A stretch of 44,459 bases of DNA, counting the filler, from Jimgerdemannia flammicorona (taxonomy: Eukaryota): the NCBI GenBank assembly GCA_003990765.1. It is 2 parts of 2 records of this genome, joined end to end, with 100 filler letters (N's around TTAATTAATTAA, not from the genome) between each part and the next. Parts side by side here need not be neighbours in the genome. Positions count along the whole stretch, not along the records: positions 1 to 22,181 come from RBNJ01001324.1; 1 more part is not named here. The stretch is one strand, 5' to 3'. Made by a program: the position numbers and the translations under genes. The notes below the pieces were generated by a model. That model did no database searches and had not been told where the DNA came from. It worked only from the letters and a program-made list of their open reading frames with translations. Below, piece after piece: positions 1-12,184 of the stretch (positions are counted from its first letter, which is position 1; the number at the start of each line of letters is the position of its first letter).

Positions 1-1318
1 AGCTATTATAATTTTAAAAGATATAAACTTTTAAAATCTTATTTCTAAATATAAATATATAAAAAACGGATAAAGAGATATCTAGAATATATATGTAGCT
101 CAGAGATTATAAAGATAAATTACTCTTACTATAAACAAAAATAAGACCAAGGAATCCAGCTAAAGGAACAACTTAAATGATACATTAATAGATTGTCAAG
201 GACCTCAAGAATCTGTGAACTATCACCAGAGACTGACTTTTAAATAAAATAAATAATTATTAACTACACATGACAAACCACTTTTCACAACATATTGAAT
301 GATCAAGTCAAGTGACCAATGACCAGAAAATGACTTAAAGGTGCACAGAACTGAGAGATGCGCTTCTACAAGTGGCACATTGACCGTGCTTGAAGCAATA
401 GGAGATACAAAACGCACGCCACAATATACCTTTGAATGTGATTGCTGCGCCACATAGCATGTCGGTTCTGAGCACACTACCCAAAATAAACATTGCGACC
501 TTGTATTCACGCTGATTATATCAGTGGCAACACCTCGCGAAAGAGCGAGGTAATGCTTGGTGTCGAGATTGTCGGTGAGAGCAAGAGCACATGTACTCGT
601 GCGCCCTGAGGAGGTTGTCGTCTTCCACGGTGATCGTAGATCAACCAGTACCACCACCACCACCACCACCAGCAATCGTAACGGGGTTGATGGATGATGG
701 ATGATGGAACTCTGGATGGTGTGTTTGAACGTTGTTTTAATCATGTCGCCGGATAGATTGGGTGCTATCTATGTACTTGGCTTCAAATCGCCACGTTATT
801 TTTCAAACAAGTTCATATAACCACTCCCATCGGTACCGCGACCATCATCACTCTGCTCAACCTTTTGTGGTCTTTCTCAACCCTCCAAATCCAAGATCTC
901 CACTCGCTGGAGCGTACGGCGACAGCTGCCCGACTCGCTCGACAATATACTCAATGACGGACCTGGCGATGTCGATCTCAAGTTTAATAATTCTGGGTCA
1001 TGGTTGACGTGAGCGCGTGAAGAGAATCGGAACGGCCAAGGCGTTTGCCGAGCAATGTCGCGAGTTTGTTAGTGGTCTGGAAATAAGTGTATCGTATAGA
1101 AGGATCAGTTGTAATTGCCAACACTAGGCGAGACTTTAGTGATCGAGAACATATCATTTGATCGAGAGAGTATAACTACTAGCATCGTATTTACAATTGA
1201 TAAACTCAAACTCATGAATGATCCAGCCAGAATAGCCATTACACGTAAATTACATCTATACTGATCGTCATCCTAATTCACACCCAACCCGGAACAATGA
1301 CACGGCCCACCCTTCGAC

Positions 1319-1947
1319 CTATGCGCTATACGCCGGAGGGGGAGGCCTTAATTCTTCATCCCTCAGAATCGATTGATGGAGGTCTACCCGCGCACCCCGC
1401 CTTCCCCTACTCCAGCAATTTCGGTATGCGCAAAACACATACACAAGAGCTACCAGCAGGACGAGTCCGACAGCGCCCATACCTGCAACGAACCCGACGC
1501 TGGTGCCAATGCTGGCAGAGTCCGCGAAGCCAGAGTCTTTGGGCGTCGGAGTGGAGCGTGCAGCGCAGAAATTGCCGAAGTCCTGTGCGTCTGTGGCGGT
1601 GCAGTTGCTGGTGGTAAAGCACGCGGCGGCTGTGGAAGTGAAGTTGGCGTTTGAGCACATGCATTTGATGTCTTCGTAAGTGGCCGGAGGGTAGCGGAAT
1701 TTGGGGGAGCAGGTGTGGTTACCAGTCGACTGAGTGGATTGAATGTGAGGTGGTGAGACGCGTGAGTTTTGACTCAAAGGACTTCAAGGAGTTAAGCAGA
1801 GAATTAAATTCTCAATGGCCAAATCCTGACACAAACCGTTGCGCAAACGGAGACGCAATTCGAGTATGCGTCAGCAAGGACTCGGCCCACAGAGATCACC
1901 GTCACCCATAGCGCCAGCAGAACGCAAAAGAGCCTCGAGCCATGCAT
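1319..1947 (-). CDS. CFEM-domain single-pass membrane protein, 173 aa; exon 1 1947-1837, intron 1836-1730, exon 2 1729-1319
   Basis: Exon 1 translates as the signal peptide MHGSRLFCVLLALWVTVISVGRVLA followed by DAYSNCVSVCAT. A phase-0 intron (GTTTGT...ACTCAG) joins it in frame to STGNHTC...EDIKCMCSN...ACFTTSNC...GNFC, giving 8 Cys in CFEM-like spacing with D-x2-CxC. A hydrophobic TM segment (VGFVAGMGAVGLVLLVALVYVFCAY), a basic stop-transfer stretch and C-terminal PPPPAY follow; TAG at 1321-1319. Confidence 0.88.
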
Positions 1948-2005
1948 GTTCGTGAGCAATAAACGAAAGAGAAAGCGAGCGGGATTCCTGTGGCGCGAAA
2001 GGACG

Positions 2006-2011
2006 TTTATA
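2006..2011 (-). promoter_or_regulatory. TATA box of the CFEM gene
   Basis: TATAAA on the - strand ~60 nt upstream of the ATG at 1947, immediately preceded by a G12 run. Confidence 0.55.
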
Positions 2012-2247
2012 CCCCCCCCCCCCTTCTTTCGATGTCACACGAAGGCGGTTTCATAATGATTTTCCGACCGGAGTGCAATTTCCGTCCCGCTTCCGCATCG
2101 CCGAAGCCAGCTTTGGTGAATTTAATGGAATAGGCGGCCCGAGCTGATCTAATGGCAAGTAGATAAAAAAAGTTAATTGTTCCAAAATCAGTCATACTAT
2201 TGTTCGGCCTTGATAGAAAATAAAAGAGTTCTTCGACGATGACGAAA

Positions 2248-2269
2248 TGACGTCACGTAATTGTGACGT
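2248..2269. promoter_or_regulatory. CRE/ATF-type palindrome TGACGTCA within an ACGTCAC-n6-GTGACGT inverted repeat in the divergent intergenic region
   Basis: The motif is seen directly between the two divergently oriented genes; function is inferred only. Confidence 0.35.
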
Positions 2270-2288
2270 AGTTTCGTTTCTGTTCTTC

Positions 2289-2618
2289 CCCGCGTTCTCG
2301 TGTTCTTTGGCACAACTTCAAATGTTCCACAATCACAGTAAGAATAGATCCTCCTTCGATAGTCACCTATTGCTATTTGTCTTCAACAGACAGCTTCGCG
2401 TTCTGCATTGGCGTCCTCACCCTGCATTTCCACATTCTCGCCTTGCAGTTCCCGTTCTCTCCCCGCATTTTCGCGTTCTCGCGTTCTTAGGGCACAACTT
2501 CAGTTAATCTCCCTGGTAAGGTTTTTTATTTTTTTTATTTTTTTCCTAACGCTCCACCTCACCGTAAGAATTAGACCCTTTTTCGATAGTCGCCTATTCT
2601 GCTATTTGTCTTCAACAG
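2289..2618 (+). repeat. Imperfect tandem duplication containing two paralogous intron-like segments (2338-2389 and 2564-2618)
   Basis: GTAAGAAT...TTCGATAGTC-CCTATT...GCTATTTGTCTTCAACAG occurs twice, each time preceded by CGCGTTCTCG-GTTCTT-GGCACAACTTCA. Confidence 0.75.
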
Positions 2619-3452
2619 TCGGCAACCTGGTAATACATCATTCCAAGACCTGTCTGTAGTTTTTGCTCGCCGTGCAGTTTTTTCTGAAGATCCACCGCCC
2701 ATTTACTAGGCCCTTTTGCTTCTTCCGAATTGCCTGTGCTTGCCTTGCTGACATTTCTATTTTTCCTTTTTGTCATTCTGCCGATATTCGATCAAGCCTT
2801 CAAAGTGAGTGCTAAAGAGTTTGTGCACGTACTGTCAACAAACCTCCCCTAAGTGTGAATACTGTTTGGAACAAGTCTTCCGTCTGTTAACCAACTCTTT
2901 GTGTTTATAGTGGAAAAGCAATTGTCCTTCTACGAAACACCCCTGTTCCGGTTCCTAACGAGACCGGATATCGCATGCACAGCCAGTTCTGTGACCGCGG
3001 ATAATCTGTTCAAACACTATCAGCAGGAACTACCAGATAGTAAACTGCAGCTAACATACGGTATCCTTGATAGGGATTTGAGACTAGCTATCAATTCCAA
3101 TTATTTCAGTGAGAATACAACGTGCGCTTTGAGGCATATCAAGGATAGTTGGAGGGTAAGTGAAACTTCAATTTCCATTGCGAGGGATAGCGCCTCTCGA
3201 TTGAGGGGTGTAAGTATCTGAAGGTGAGGAGGGACTAGAGGTCGCTTCCTAACGGCGGTACAGGGATTTTAGGTCGCCTGTATCGCCCTGATCGGTGGCA
3301 AACTTGGGGATTTTAGGTCGCTCGGGTTTGGAAGTCTGGGGACTGCAGATCACTCGGACCTAAACTTCTCCACTCGTATCGTATTTGTTTGCGAAACTGG
3401 TCTACTTAAAGTTTTGAACCTAATACAAATTTTTTATTTTTCTGTTCGAGAC

Positions 3453-4060
3453 ATGGAAGAAGGAACGCCTTCAGCGATTTCACCAGAGAGCCAACGATGT
3501 GGAACCCCGAAAAATTCAGTTCGTGAGTATGGTTACTTGTCTGATTTTTAATTTTTTCAGCTATAATAAATAAAGCTCACCGCGTTCTCTTATTCATTAG
3601 CAATCAAGTGTGACAAAATATCAAAAAGGTGTCGCCGCAGTTGTTGATGCCGAAGTGAACAAATGGGTCGAAGAAGCAGCGAAAGGTGACGTCGAGGATG
3701 TCACCACTAAACGGCCTCATGAGTTCTCAGAAAGTGACGATGAACAAGCATTATCGAGAAAAGTTCAACGAAAAGACGTACAGATCGAAGATAGCGAGGA
3801 GGAAGATAGAATGTATGCTGAGGCTGCTGAGGTGGCTGCCGAAAAATTGAGGGTAAGTTGGATAATGTTACGTGTGTTATTATATGGGATATTCGTAATT
3901 AAAAGGGACTTAGTTATTAGTGTTATAATACCGCAATATTATCTCAATAAATTTTCCGTTATAATTTACAAGATTTACAACTAGTTTTGTCCTCTGGAAC
4001 TTTTGTCAAAGACATCTTGGCTTCTGAAAGAAAGACAATATTTCATTCAAGTATCAAATG
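3453..4060 (+). pseudogene. 5' part of a spliced gene of unknown function, interrupted by the LINE at 4061
   Basis: ATG 3453 (MEEGTPSAISPESQRCGTPKNS), then donor GTTCGT 3519 with a CTCAC branch site and TTAG acceptor at 3600. The next exon, 3601-3852, is in frame and acidic (...DSEEEDRMYAEAAEVAAEKLR), with donor GTAAGT at 3853. A further exon-like stretch (LVLSSGTFVKDILASE) runs into the LINE poly(T); the downstream frame is uncertain. Confidence 0.5.
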
Positions 4061-4079
4061 TTTTTTTTTTTTTTTATAG

Positions 4080-7000
4080 TCACTTGGATTCTACCATTTA
4101 TTACCCGTCTATTAATAAGTTTACAGTATACCCTCCCACTACTCAATTCCCATAGGGGTGCCACTCCTCCCATCTACACAAACAAAGATCATTTTCTCAA
4201 CTGTAACTCCAATCCTTCCCCTACTCTGCCTACAAATTTTCTCTATCAAATAATGCCTTTGACTCCCCTGTAACCTCCAAAAGCCACCAGCTTGTCAAGG
4301 TGTCTTCCATAAGGCTATGCCATCTCAGCAGTCTGATCTCTGAGCCAAGTTTCCTTCCATCTTTAAAAATAAATAACTAGTAACTAGTCAGTCTCATCTA
4401 AATGATTAATGTCTAACTTAATATCAGCCATTTTTTTCCCATCTTCCTCTCCAATTTATCTCTTAAATCCTCCTATTGCCCCCACATACCAGCTCCTCTA
4501 CACACTATCCCCAAATGATTTCTAATGTTGTGCCAAAAGGTATGTACTAAGTACTTTACATTCTCCTAGCCAATATTCAGGCATCTGCACATATCCCCCT
4601 TTCTGTTCTATATTATAATACTCTTCACAGTCAAAACAATTTCTTGAAAAGATAACCTAAGCAGAAGTTGAGTATAATATTCCACCTCAGTACATGCCAC
4701 CAGACCACTCAGTACTTTGGTGGTAGCCACCTTCTCACCTTGACATTTTAGGCCCAAATGCTATGCCAGTCCCACTCCTCACTAATTTCTACTCCTTGCC
4801 AACTGCTAGACCACAGGTCCTGGTCTAGTCCCCATTGGTATTCAATCTTATCACCAATGTCAAACTCAATTAAGGGAATGCTGTCCAGTAACACTTGGTC
4901 CTATCTCTATATCACTGGGTCCCAAGCTGCCTCTCCTTTATTTTCTTGCTACCTAATTCTAATGTGGTACACCCCCTCTGCCACTCTCCACCAGAAGCCT
5001 TTGTATTGCAATTGTTTGGTATTCTGAAGGTCTACAAGTACTAGAAGATCATCAGTCGAACCCCTTGAAGCAGACCTCATCTCCTAGACTTTCTACAGTA
5101 GAGGGACCCAATCCACTTAGACTCTCCTTTATTATGGTTGTCTATAATAATAATACAATGTCATCTCATCCCCTCAACCGATATCCCTCAGATTCTTCTC
5201 ATCATCTGCCACACCCTCTTGCCAGAGGGTAACCCAGTCCCCTACCACCCAAATCTTCCCTTTACTTTTCTGTAAAATACAAAGTACCAAACTCTGGTGG
5301 CTTCTCCCACCTGGTCCCCATCCTCTTCACCAGCCATTTAAAGTGTCCAGTAATAGCCATTTCTAATGCACTATCTTATCCCCAACTCCAACCCACTGAC
5401 CCTCCTCAAATATATAAAACCAATGTCCAGCCAGCCCAATCTATATGGCTAGAGCCCAACTGAGTATCAGCCATTCATCCCCAACTCCTTCCACAAGTCT
5501 TCAGTGAAGCTTACCCTATCTCCTCCCTTCCTCTCCCACCAGGGCTCATAGTTCTAACCAGTCTACAATATGGCACCAGAACTCCCCTAAGACATTGTAC
5601 TCACCCAGCCAATGTTCAGGCATTTGTATCACCCCCCCCTCCTGCTCAACATCCAGACATTTCTCACACTCAAACATACCATCTATCACCAAGTGCCCAG
5701 ACTGATAGTTCAACATCACATTCTGCCATAGATCTCACTACCATACTATCCAAAACTTGGAAGGTAGCCACTGCATCACCTGCTTGCTCCAGAGCCAAAG
5801 ACTATACAAGTCTCACCCCTCACCAATTCCAACCCTCTGCCAGGCCACAGGCCAAAGGTCTCCTCCTAGACCCTATAGATACTCCATCCCATCACCAAGC
5901 TAGAAGTCCTCTACCAAAATATCATTCAGCAGTAGCCAGTCCTATTTTCACATCTGCAGACCCCTCTCATCACCCTACCACCAAAGTCCTATTCTCCTAG
6001 CACCATTCACCACCCCCCACCAGAAGCCCTTATACCACATCTTCTTACTCCCATCTATGACCACTATTGCTAGCAGGTCACCAGAAGTACTACAGGGGGA
6101 ATACCTGGTCTCTCACACCCTTCTCATGAGTGGCACCCACTCCTGGCCCCTCAGCTCACTTGCTCTCTTCAGCCACCATGCTTTCAAGCAAAGAAGACAT
6201 TTGGTAAAGTCCACCAAGCCCAGCCCATCTCTTTCCACTGGTAGGGTTAAAACCTCCCATCCTATTTGACTCTGCCACTCTGTCCAGATCTATGATCTCA
6301 TCTTCAACAGTCTCTTGACCACCCAAGCTGGGAAGTTTAGATGATATCCCACATAGCATAGCTTTGGCAGCCAATACACATTCAGCACCATCACTCTTCC
6401 TGCCAAGGATATATGCTGACCCCCTTACTGTAAAAGCACATTTTCCCACAACAGGAGTCGCTGTACCCACTAAGCACAGAGCAGAAGAGACTTATATACT
6501 AAAAAGTGAATATCTAAGTAGCGAACTATTTTACCAGCTAGCACCACCATTCCAATCACATTGCCATCAATAATTCCACCACCCAGAACCAGTATCTTGC
6601 ATTTGTGCCAGTTGAGTTTAGCACCAGAGTCTCTCTCATACTATTTTACAGATCTCCTTAATTCCCCCACATCTGCTAGTGAGCCCAGTCCAACCACTAT
6701 ATCATCTGCAAAGGCCCCCACCTTCCAATTTATTCCTAGGATATCCAAACCCCCAACTCGATACCAGATCCTGTCCAGTAGGGGCTCTAGGGAAAGGGCA
6801 TATAAGATGGATGACAACAGATCCCCTTGCAGCACCCCAAGACCCAGAGGGAAGGTCATGCCCCTGTAGCCATTAATGACCAATACTACCTGACTGTTCT
6901 CCAAAAGACTGATCAATGATCTCCTACACCCTTGGGGAACCCTGACCCTTTTCAGTACTCCTTCCAGCCAGACCCTCCTCACTCTATCATATACCTTCTC

Positions 7001-8818
7001 CTGATCCAAAAAGACCAATCTCCCATCCACCCCTGTGGCCCAGGCCCCTTCAATCATACCATGTACCCAGGCCATCTCATCTTGGATCAACTGGCTGCCA
7101 ACAAACCCTTGCTACTCTATGCCAAGTACTTACTGAGCAATTTCCTGCATCCTAGACACCAATATTTTTGTCACCAATTTGTGGTCCATGTCGAGAAGCA
7201 TGATTGGCTACTAGTTCTTCCAATCCTCCTGCCTCTCCTTATCCTTATAGAGCAAGGAGACCAGTCCTAGTCACTGGCCCCCAATCTAAGTTCCAGACTA
7301 AAGGACCTCACCACACATTTTCATCATTTCCTCCAATACCACTGCCACCCCAGCCATCTTTTTCCAAAAATCCCAGGGAAGTCTATTCTCTCCTGGCACC
7401 ATCTCTTTGCTTGTCGTGGCCAAGACCCTGTAAAATTTCTCTCCTTACCAGCTCCCCCAGAGTCTCCAGGCCCAATGCTGGGTTTGGATGCCAATCCTCC
7501 AGCTGTCTCTCAACAATTGAGACATCCACCCCCCCTTCCTCCTCACTCTACAAATTTCCCCACTGGGTTCTCAGCAATTCCAGAATCACCAAAGTCTCTA
7601 CCACTATCTCTCCATCCTCATCCAAGAGTCTATCCCACCACTGCTTAGTTCTCTATACTTGTAACATCCACAATAAAAACCTAGTGGGTCTCTCTCTCTT
7701 CTCTAGTTTTTGCCACCATAGCTGTACCATCATTCCTTTCAGTCTAGTCTCCTCCTCCCTTCTTAACACTTCCTTAAGCTCCTCAACTTCCCTCTGAATC
7801 CTCACAATATACCAATCAACTGCCTCCCAGTCCCCTAGCATCCCTCCTCATCTCTCCAGGAGTACTGCCAATCTCTGCAAGGTCCATAGCACCCTCTGCT
7901 GCTGCTGAGCACTCCTTCCTTTCCCCATCTCCCTCTAGTACTCCTGAGCACTCACTTTCAGCCTCCTCCAATGGTCTCCAATCCCCAGGCCCTGTTCCTG
8001 CCACTGATCAATCTTCTCTATAATCTCCCTCTCCCAGTTTACCCACAAACCCCCATCCTCCAACAAAGAAGAATTTAGCCACCAATGTCCAGGCCCATCC
8101 TCACCACCCCCAAACCTCCCCCCTCCTAACAGACCCTAGTGATCTGACCATAGACACCAAATCACCTCCATCATTGCTCAGACATCCTCTCCCCAGTATT
8201 CTGCTGTCAATATCCAATCAATCCTTATACCCAGTCCTGCTGCCAGTGAGTATAAATTTGACAATCTCCCCAAAACTGTCTCCCTGAATCCATCAAAGAA
8301 CTCAGCCTCTCTATCTCCAATCAATCATCCAATCCTCCACTCCTGCCCCTCATTTCTCTCCTGCCATCAGTTCTGTCTATTCCCATATCTCATACCATAT
8401 TGAAATCTCCCCCCAGGCAGTCAATTCCTACCTTCCCCAAGACTCCAGCCTCCTTCAAACTTCAGATCCAATCCACCCATTCCCCCTGCTCTGCTGAGCA
8501 GTAATATGACCCAACCATCAAGGAACTCTATCTCGGCCTCTTCTACACTCTCTATACCAACTGATTCCCCCAATGTTCAATGTCCCCAATATCCTTCATC
8601 CCTTTTTGAACTAGGATACCCACCCTCCCCATCCACACAGCTGCCCCCCCCCATTCCTTAGTCCAATCCTGTAAGTTCACATCTACCTTATAACAGACAT
8701 CCTGCAATAAGAAGAGATCTGCATCCAGTTCTTTTAGCCATCCAAATATATACTTCTGCCTAGCTGCCTCCTGCAATCCATTTATATTCAAAGAGAAAAT
8801 TCTAGTTGTACTATTCAT
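4080..8818 (-). pseudogene. LINE copy 1 ORF2: apurinic-like endonuclease + reverse transcriptase (many stops/frameshifts)
   Basis: APE N-terminus MNSTTRIFSLNINGL...ADLFLLQD at 8818. RT motifs LVFLDQEKVYDRV, GVLQGDLLSSILYALSLEPL and AFADDIVV at 6641-7090. Thumb-like VRYLDIHF and GRRVMVLNVYWLPKL near 6350-6530. Confidence 0.92.
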
Positions 8819-8879
8819 ATTGAATAATGTATGAATTTGAGACCCCAACCTAGAATTTCATACTCATCTCATCCCCAGT

Positions 8880-10771
8880 CAGATCTAAGTACCACTCTGC
8901 TTCCAAGTTACCCTCTGCTATAGCCTGAGCATCCAATACCTCCAAGATCTCTTGACATTCCACCCCATCCACCACTTCCATCTCTGCCCTATAGTCCATA
9001 CAAACTACCCTCCACTTCTCCAATTCCTTCCTTAATCCCTACAAGAATGCTGCCCAGTTATTTATAATTTCCCTGAGTTCCTCCTCTCTCTGATCATCAA
9101 CCTGATATTTAACGGATTCTAAGAGTACCATCAGAATCTCATTTCTAACCTTCCTCAAGACCTCCTCCCCACACAAGATTTCCTCCCAGTACCTTTCTTC
9201 CATAACCTGGAAGTCCTCTCCCCCCAGCTCCTCAGCTGCCATCTCTTCCAGAGTCTTCTACAGCCACTTCTCCTCATCCACTGCCTCTGCCATACCCTGG
9301 ACAACTCACTCTCTCCCCACCTCTGGGTCTACCAAAGCACTCCTTCTCACTAACTCATCTCACTTCTTATCTGGTATATCTAGTAATTCCTCCTCACCCT
9401 CTGCCCTACCCAGGACACTATACTGAGGGTATACTCCACTGTCCATTTCCACATCTACCACAATACTACTCTGCCTCTCCTTCCTTGGTCCATCCTGAGC
9501 CCCTCCTTGGTCATCCTGCTTTTCCCTGCCCAGGCACTCTCATGCAATCCTGCTTCCCCAGCCCCTGTGCTACTACCAGCCCCACCACTACCCAACTTCT
9601 CCAGCAGCTCCTTCTGGATTCTCCTCTCTTGCATCTTCTCCCGGTCGCTCAGTCCATTCTGGTCCTCTTCCCATCAACTATCTCCAATACTGTCTTAGCT
9701 TCATACTCCTTTCATGCCAATCACCTCCTCTCAACTACCCCTGCCAGATCCTCTAGAGCCTCAAGCAAATCTTTCTCCTCCTCCTGCATCCCCTTCATTC
9801 ACATGACCTTGTACTCTACTGGTCTCCACCTCAGAGTCACCAGCCAATCCCTCATCTTCCCCATATTCTCTTTTCCAGCCAGTCTCACCTAGACATTGAC
9901 ATCACCAGTTTGGAGCTCTATATCCTCCCAGACCTTGAACTCAATGTCCACAATCTCCCCATACTTCTTGACTGCCTCCACAATCAACTCCCTGGTCTTC
10001 TCCCTCAACACTGTAGGAAGATCCAACACTATCAACTGTACCACCCAAGGGTTCCAGTATATACACCAAGCCATAGAGACCACTACCCCTCTCACTGTAA
10101 CCTCCTTCTCCATGGCAGCCAACAATGCTTCCTCCTCTTCAAACCCCATCTCAATCTCTTCTTTCTCCTTCAAAAACTTCACTGAGGCTGCCCCCTTCAC
10201 CTCCTGTGCCACCAGCCCCAGATCATCCTTACAGTCACTATCAAGTCCCTGAAATACAATGTGATAGTAAATTCTGACCTTGATTTCTTAAGTAATGGTA
10301 CTGACACCATGCCCATCACCCCATCTGCCAGGTCCCTGGGTCTCATGCCCACCTCCTGTCCTGAACCATCAACTGCTATCATATCTGGATTTTTTTCCAG
10401 ATCCCCAGTCACAGCCCCATCAACAGTCACATCTCCAGCCCCTACTCCCCCCCCTCTCCTTCCACCAGACACCCCCTGGACACTCCTCCCTGTCCCCCAG
10501 CAGCCATTGACATCTTCCCCAGGCCCAGCCAATTATCCAGACCAGAGGTCATTCTCCCCATCTTGATCTTATCAGCAAAGGTCAATCTCTCCCCTCCTCA
10601 TTGTCTCAGACCACCCCTCCCTCCACCACCAGTACCTTGTCCAGCCATAGTGGCCCCTGATATCTCCAAACCATCTCTCCTCCTCTCCAATTACTGCTAG
10701 CCAAAGGCACCACTGCCTCCCTGGCCAGCATACTCACTAGTATAATCATTGCTATCCATATTGATAGTCAT
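8880..10771 (-). pseudogene. LINE copy 1 ORF1 (decayed)
   Basis: Fragments (e.g. 9889-10212 ASVKFLKEKEEIEMGFEE...YGEIVDIEFKVWE) align by eye with ORF1 of the LINE at 36853-38886 (ASVKFLKGLEGVEVGFEE...YGEVVNIRFRVWE). Confidence 0.8.
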
Positions 10772-10855
10772 CTATCATCAAAAATATTGTAAAAAGTGTT
10801 TCCTGAGACTTGTGTCACCTGAATTTTATCAGTGAAAGGCATCAAGTACCAAATA

Positions 10856-11035
10856 TTAATCAATGACTCAACACAACCAGGTTTCAATCAAGATGAGCTT
10901 AATGAAATCAAGACTTTGGTGAGTTTTATTGTCTACTTTTGTTACTCACAAAACTTTATTTCCTTTAACTGATATCTGGGCTTTATATTATTATCAGCAT
11001 GCATCTCAGAAGTAGTCTTTTTTCAACATATCTAT
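10856..11035 (+). pseudogene. Continuation of the interrupted host gene: exon to 10918, intron 10919-10997, exon cut by the LTR at 11036
   Basis: Lies directly after the right-hand TSD. The open frame LINDSTQPGFNQDELNEIKTL is followed by a canonical GTGAGT...TATCAG intron. Confidence 0.45.
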
Positions 11036-12184
11036 TGTAATGTGCCTGGCTCAATAGAGACAAATTATAAGGTTGAGAGTTGATGTAGTTTGGCTTGAGC
11101 CCTCAGTTACTTTGTCAAAAAGCAACAAAATGTTCTAAGATTCCTGAGGTTCTTGGTATTTAGTAGTATAATGGTCAAAGCTAGATATCTGCAAGTGATT
11201 TGTATGTCAATTTCCTATTTGGGACAGTTCTCTGGATATAGCAGTGATTTGTATGTATAAACAGGTTTCCTTTTTGAGTCAACTGGGAATTGGTAGAATT
11301 TCATATATAGTACAATGATCTCCAAAAGTATGCAATTTCTGCATGATGATCTCTATATAGTGTGATGATCTCTGTGTGACGATCCTGTGTAGCACGGGTT
11401 CCTTATATAGAGCAGTTGGGAATAAATAACTTGGATATCATGGGTTCTTCTGAATCAGGCTCTTCTGGGAATAATAACTTGGGCAGCGCAGGTTCTTCTG
11501 GGAATGCAGATGATGCAGATTCTTCCTGAATCAGTGGACTTCTTGAAAATGGTGGCTTCAACTAGGAATATGAATAACTTAAAAACAGTAGTGAAGTTCT
11601 TCCTTGAACTTGGCAGCAAACTTCAGGCTTATCTGGCAAGTGAACTAAAAATGTAACAAACTCTTTTTTGTATCAAAAAGTGGACCAGAGTGGAAAAGGA
11701 AACCAATGCTCACAATCTCCTAGTAGTGGCTTTAGAGCAGACATTTCTCCTAAGTATTGCAATCCTTCCTGGATCAAGTGGCTTTTGGCAGGCATATCTC
11801 TCAAAGTGTAATAGGCAGACTTGTCTTTTGCTTTGAATTCAGACTTTTCAGACTGAGGTTTATTCACTCTTATCTCTGGGGTAATTTATACAAGTTGGTT
11901 GCTATTGGGTTGCTATGTGGCTAACTATAGATCAGCCACTTATAGCAGGTATATAGAGTCTGTATGATATACAGGTCCTGTACAGTATACAGAGTCTGTA
12001 TGGTGTACAGAGTCTGTATGATATATAGAGTCTATACAGGTAAATAGACCCTATCTGATATGTCTGGCTATTTATATAGTTTCTGCAGCAATGGTTGCTG
12101 GTTACTATGCTGTATGTTCACATTATCATTGTTCATGTCATCTGGCTAAGATATGATTCAGGTGGTACATTTGAGTTTATTACA
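11036..12184 (-). repeat. 3' LTR of Gypsy A (1149 bp)
   Basis: TGTAATGTG...TTATTACA, homologous to 20156-21499. Internal minisatellite-like repeats (GTACAGAGTCTGTATG ~11950-12040). Confidence 0.88.

Larger units (their letters stand above)
4061..10841 (-). mobile_element. Full-length, decayed L1/Tx1-clade LINE (copy 1) with poly(A) tail and ~14-16 bp TSD
   Basis: Poly(T) at 4061-4076. TSD TCAAGTATCAAATG(TT) at 4047-4060 vs TCAAGTACCAAATA(TT) at 10842-10855 (2 transitions). ORF1 followed by an APE-RT ORF2. Confidence 0.92.

Noticed and set aside
223..1007. ORFs 223-744 (-) and 762-1007 (+)
   Set aside because: No recognisable motifs. The poly-Val comes from a (CCA)n microsatellite at ~650-670, and I could not build a convincing splice model.
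2901..3221. 106-aa + strand ORF
   Set aside because: GTG start in a eukaryote and no recognisable domain. It could be an exon, but I cannot support that.
6932..10566. Long S/P/L-rich + strand ORFs over the LINEs (also 36863-38617)
   Set aside because: They are antisense shadows of purine-rich LINE coding strands.
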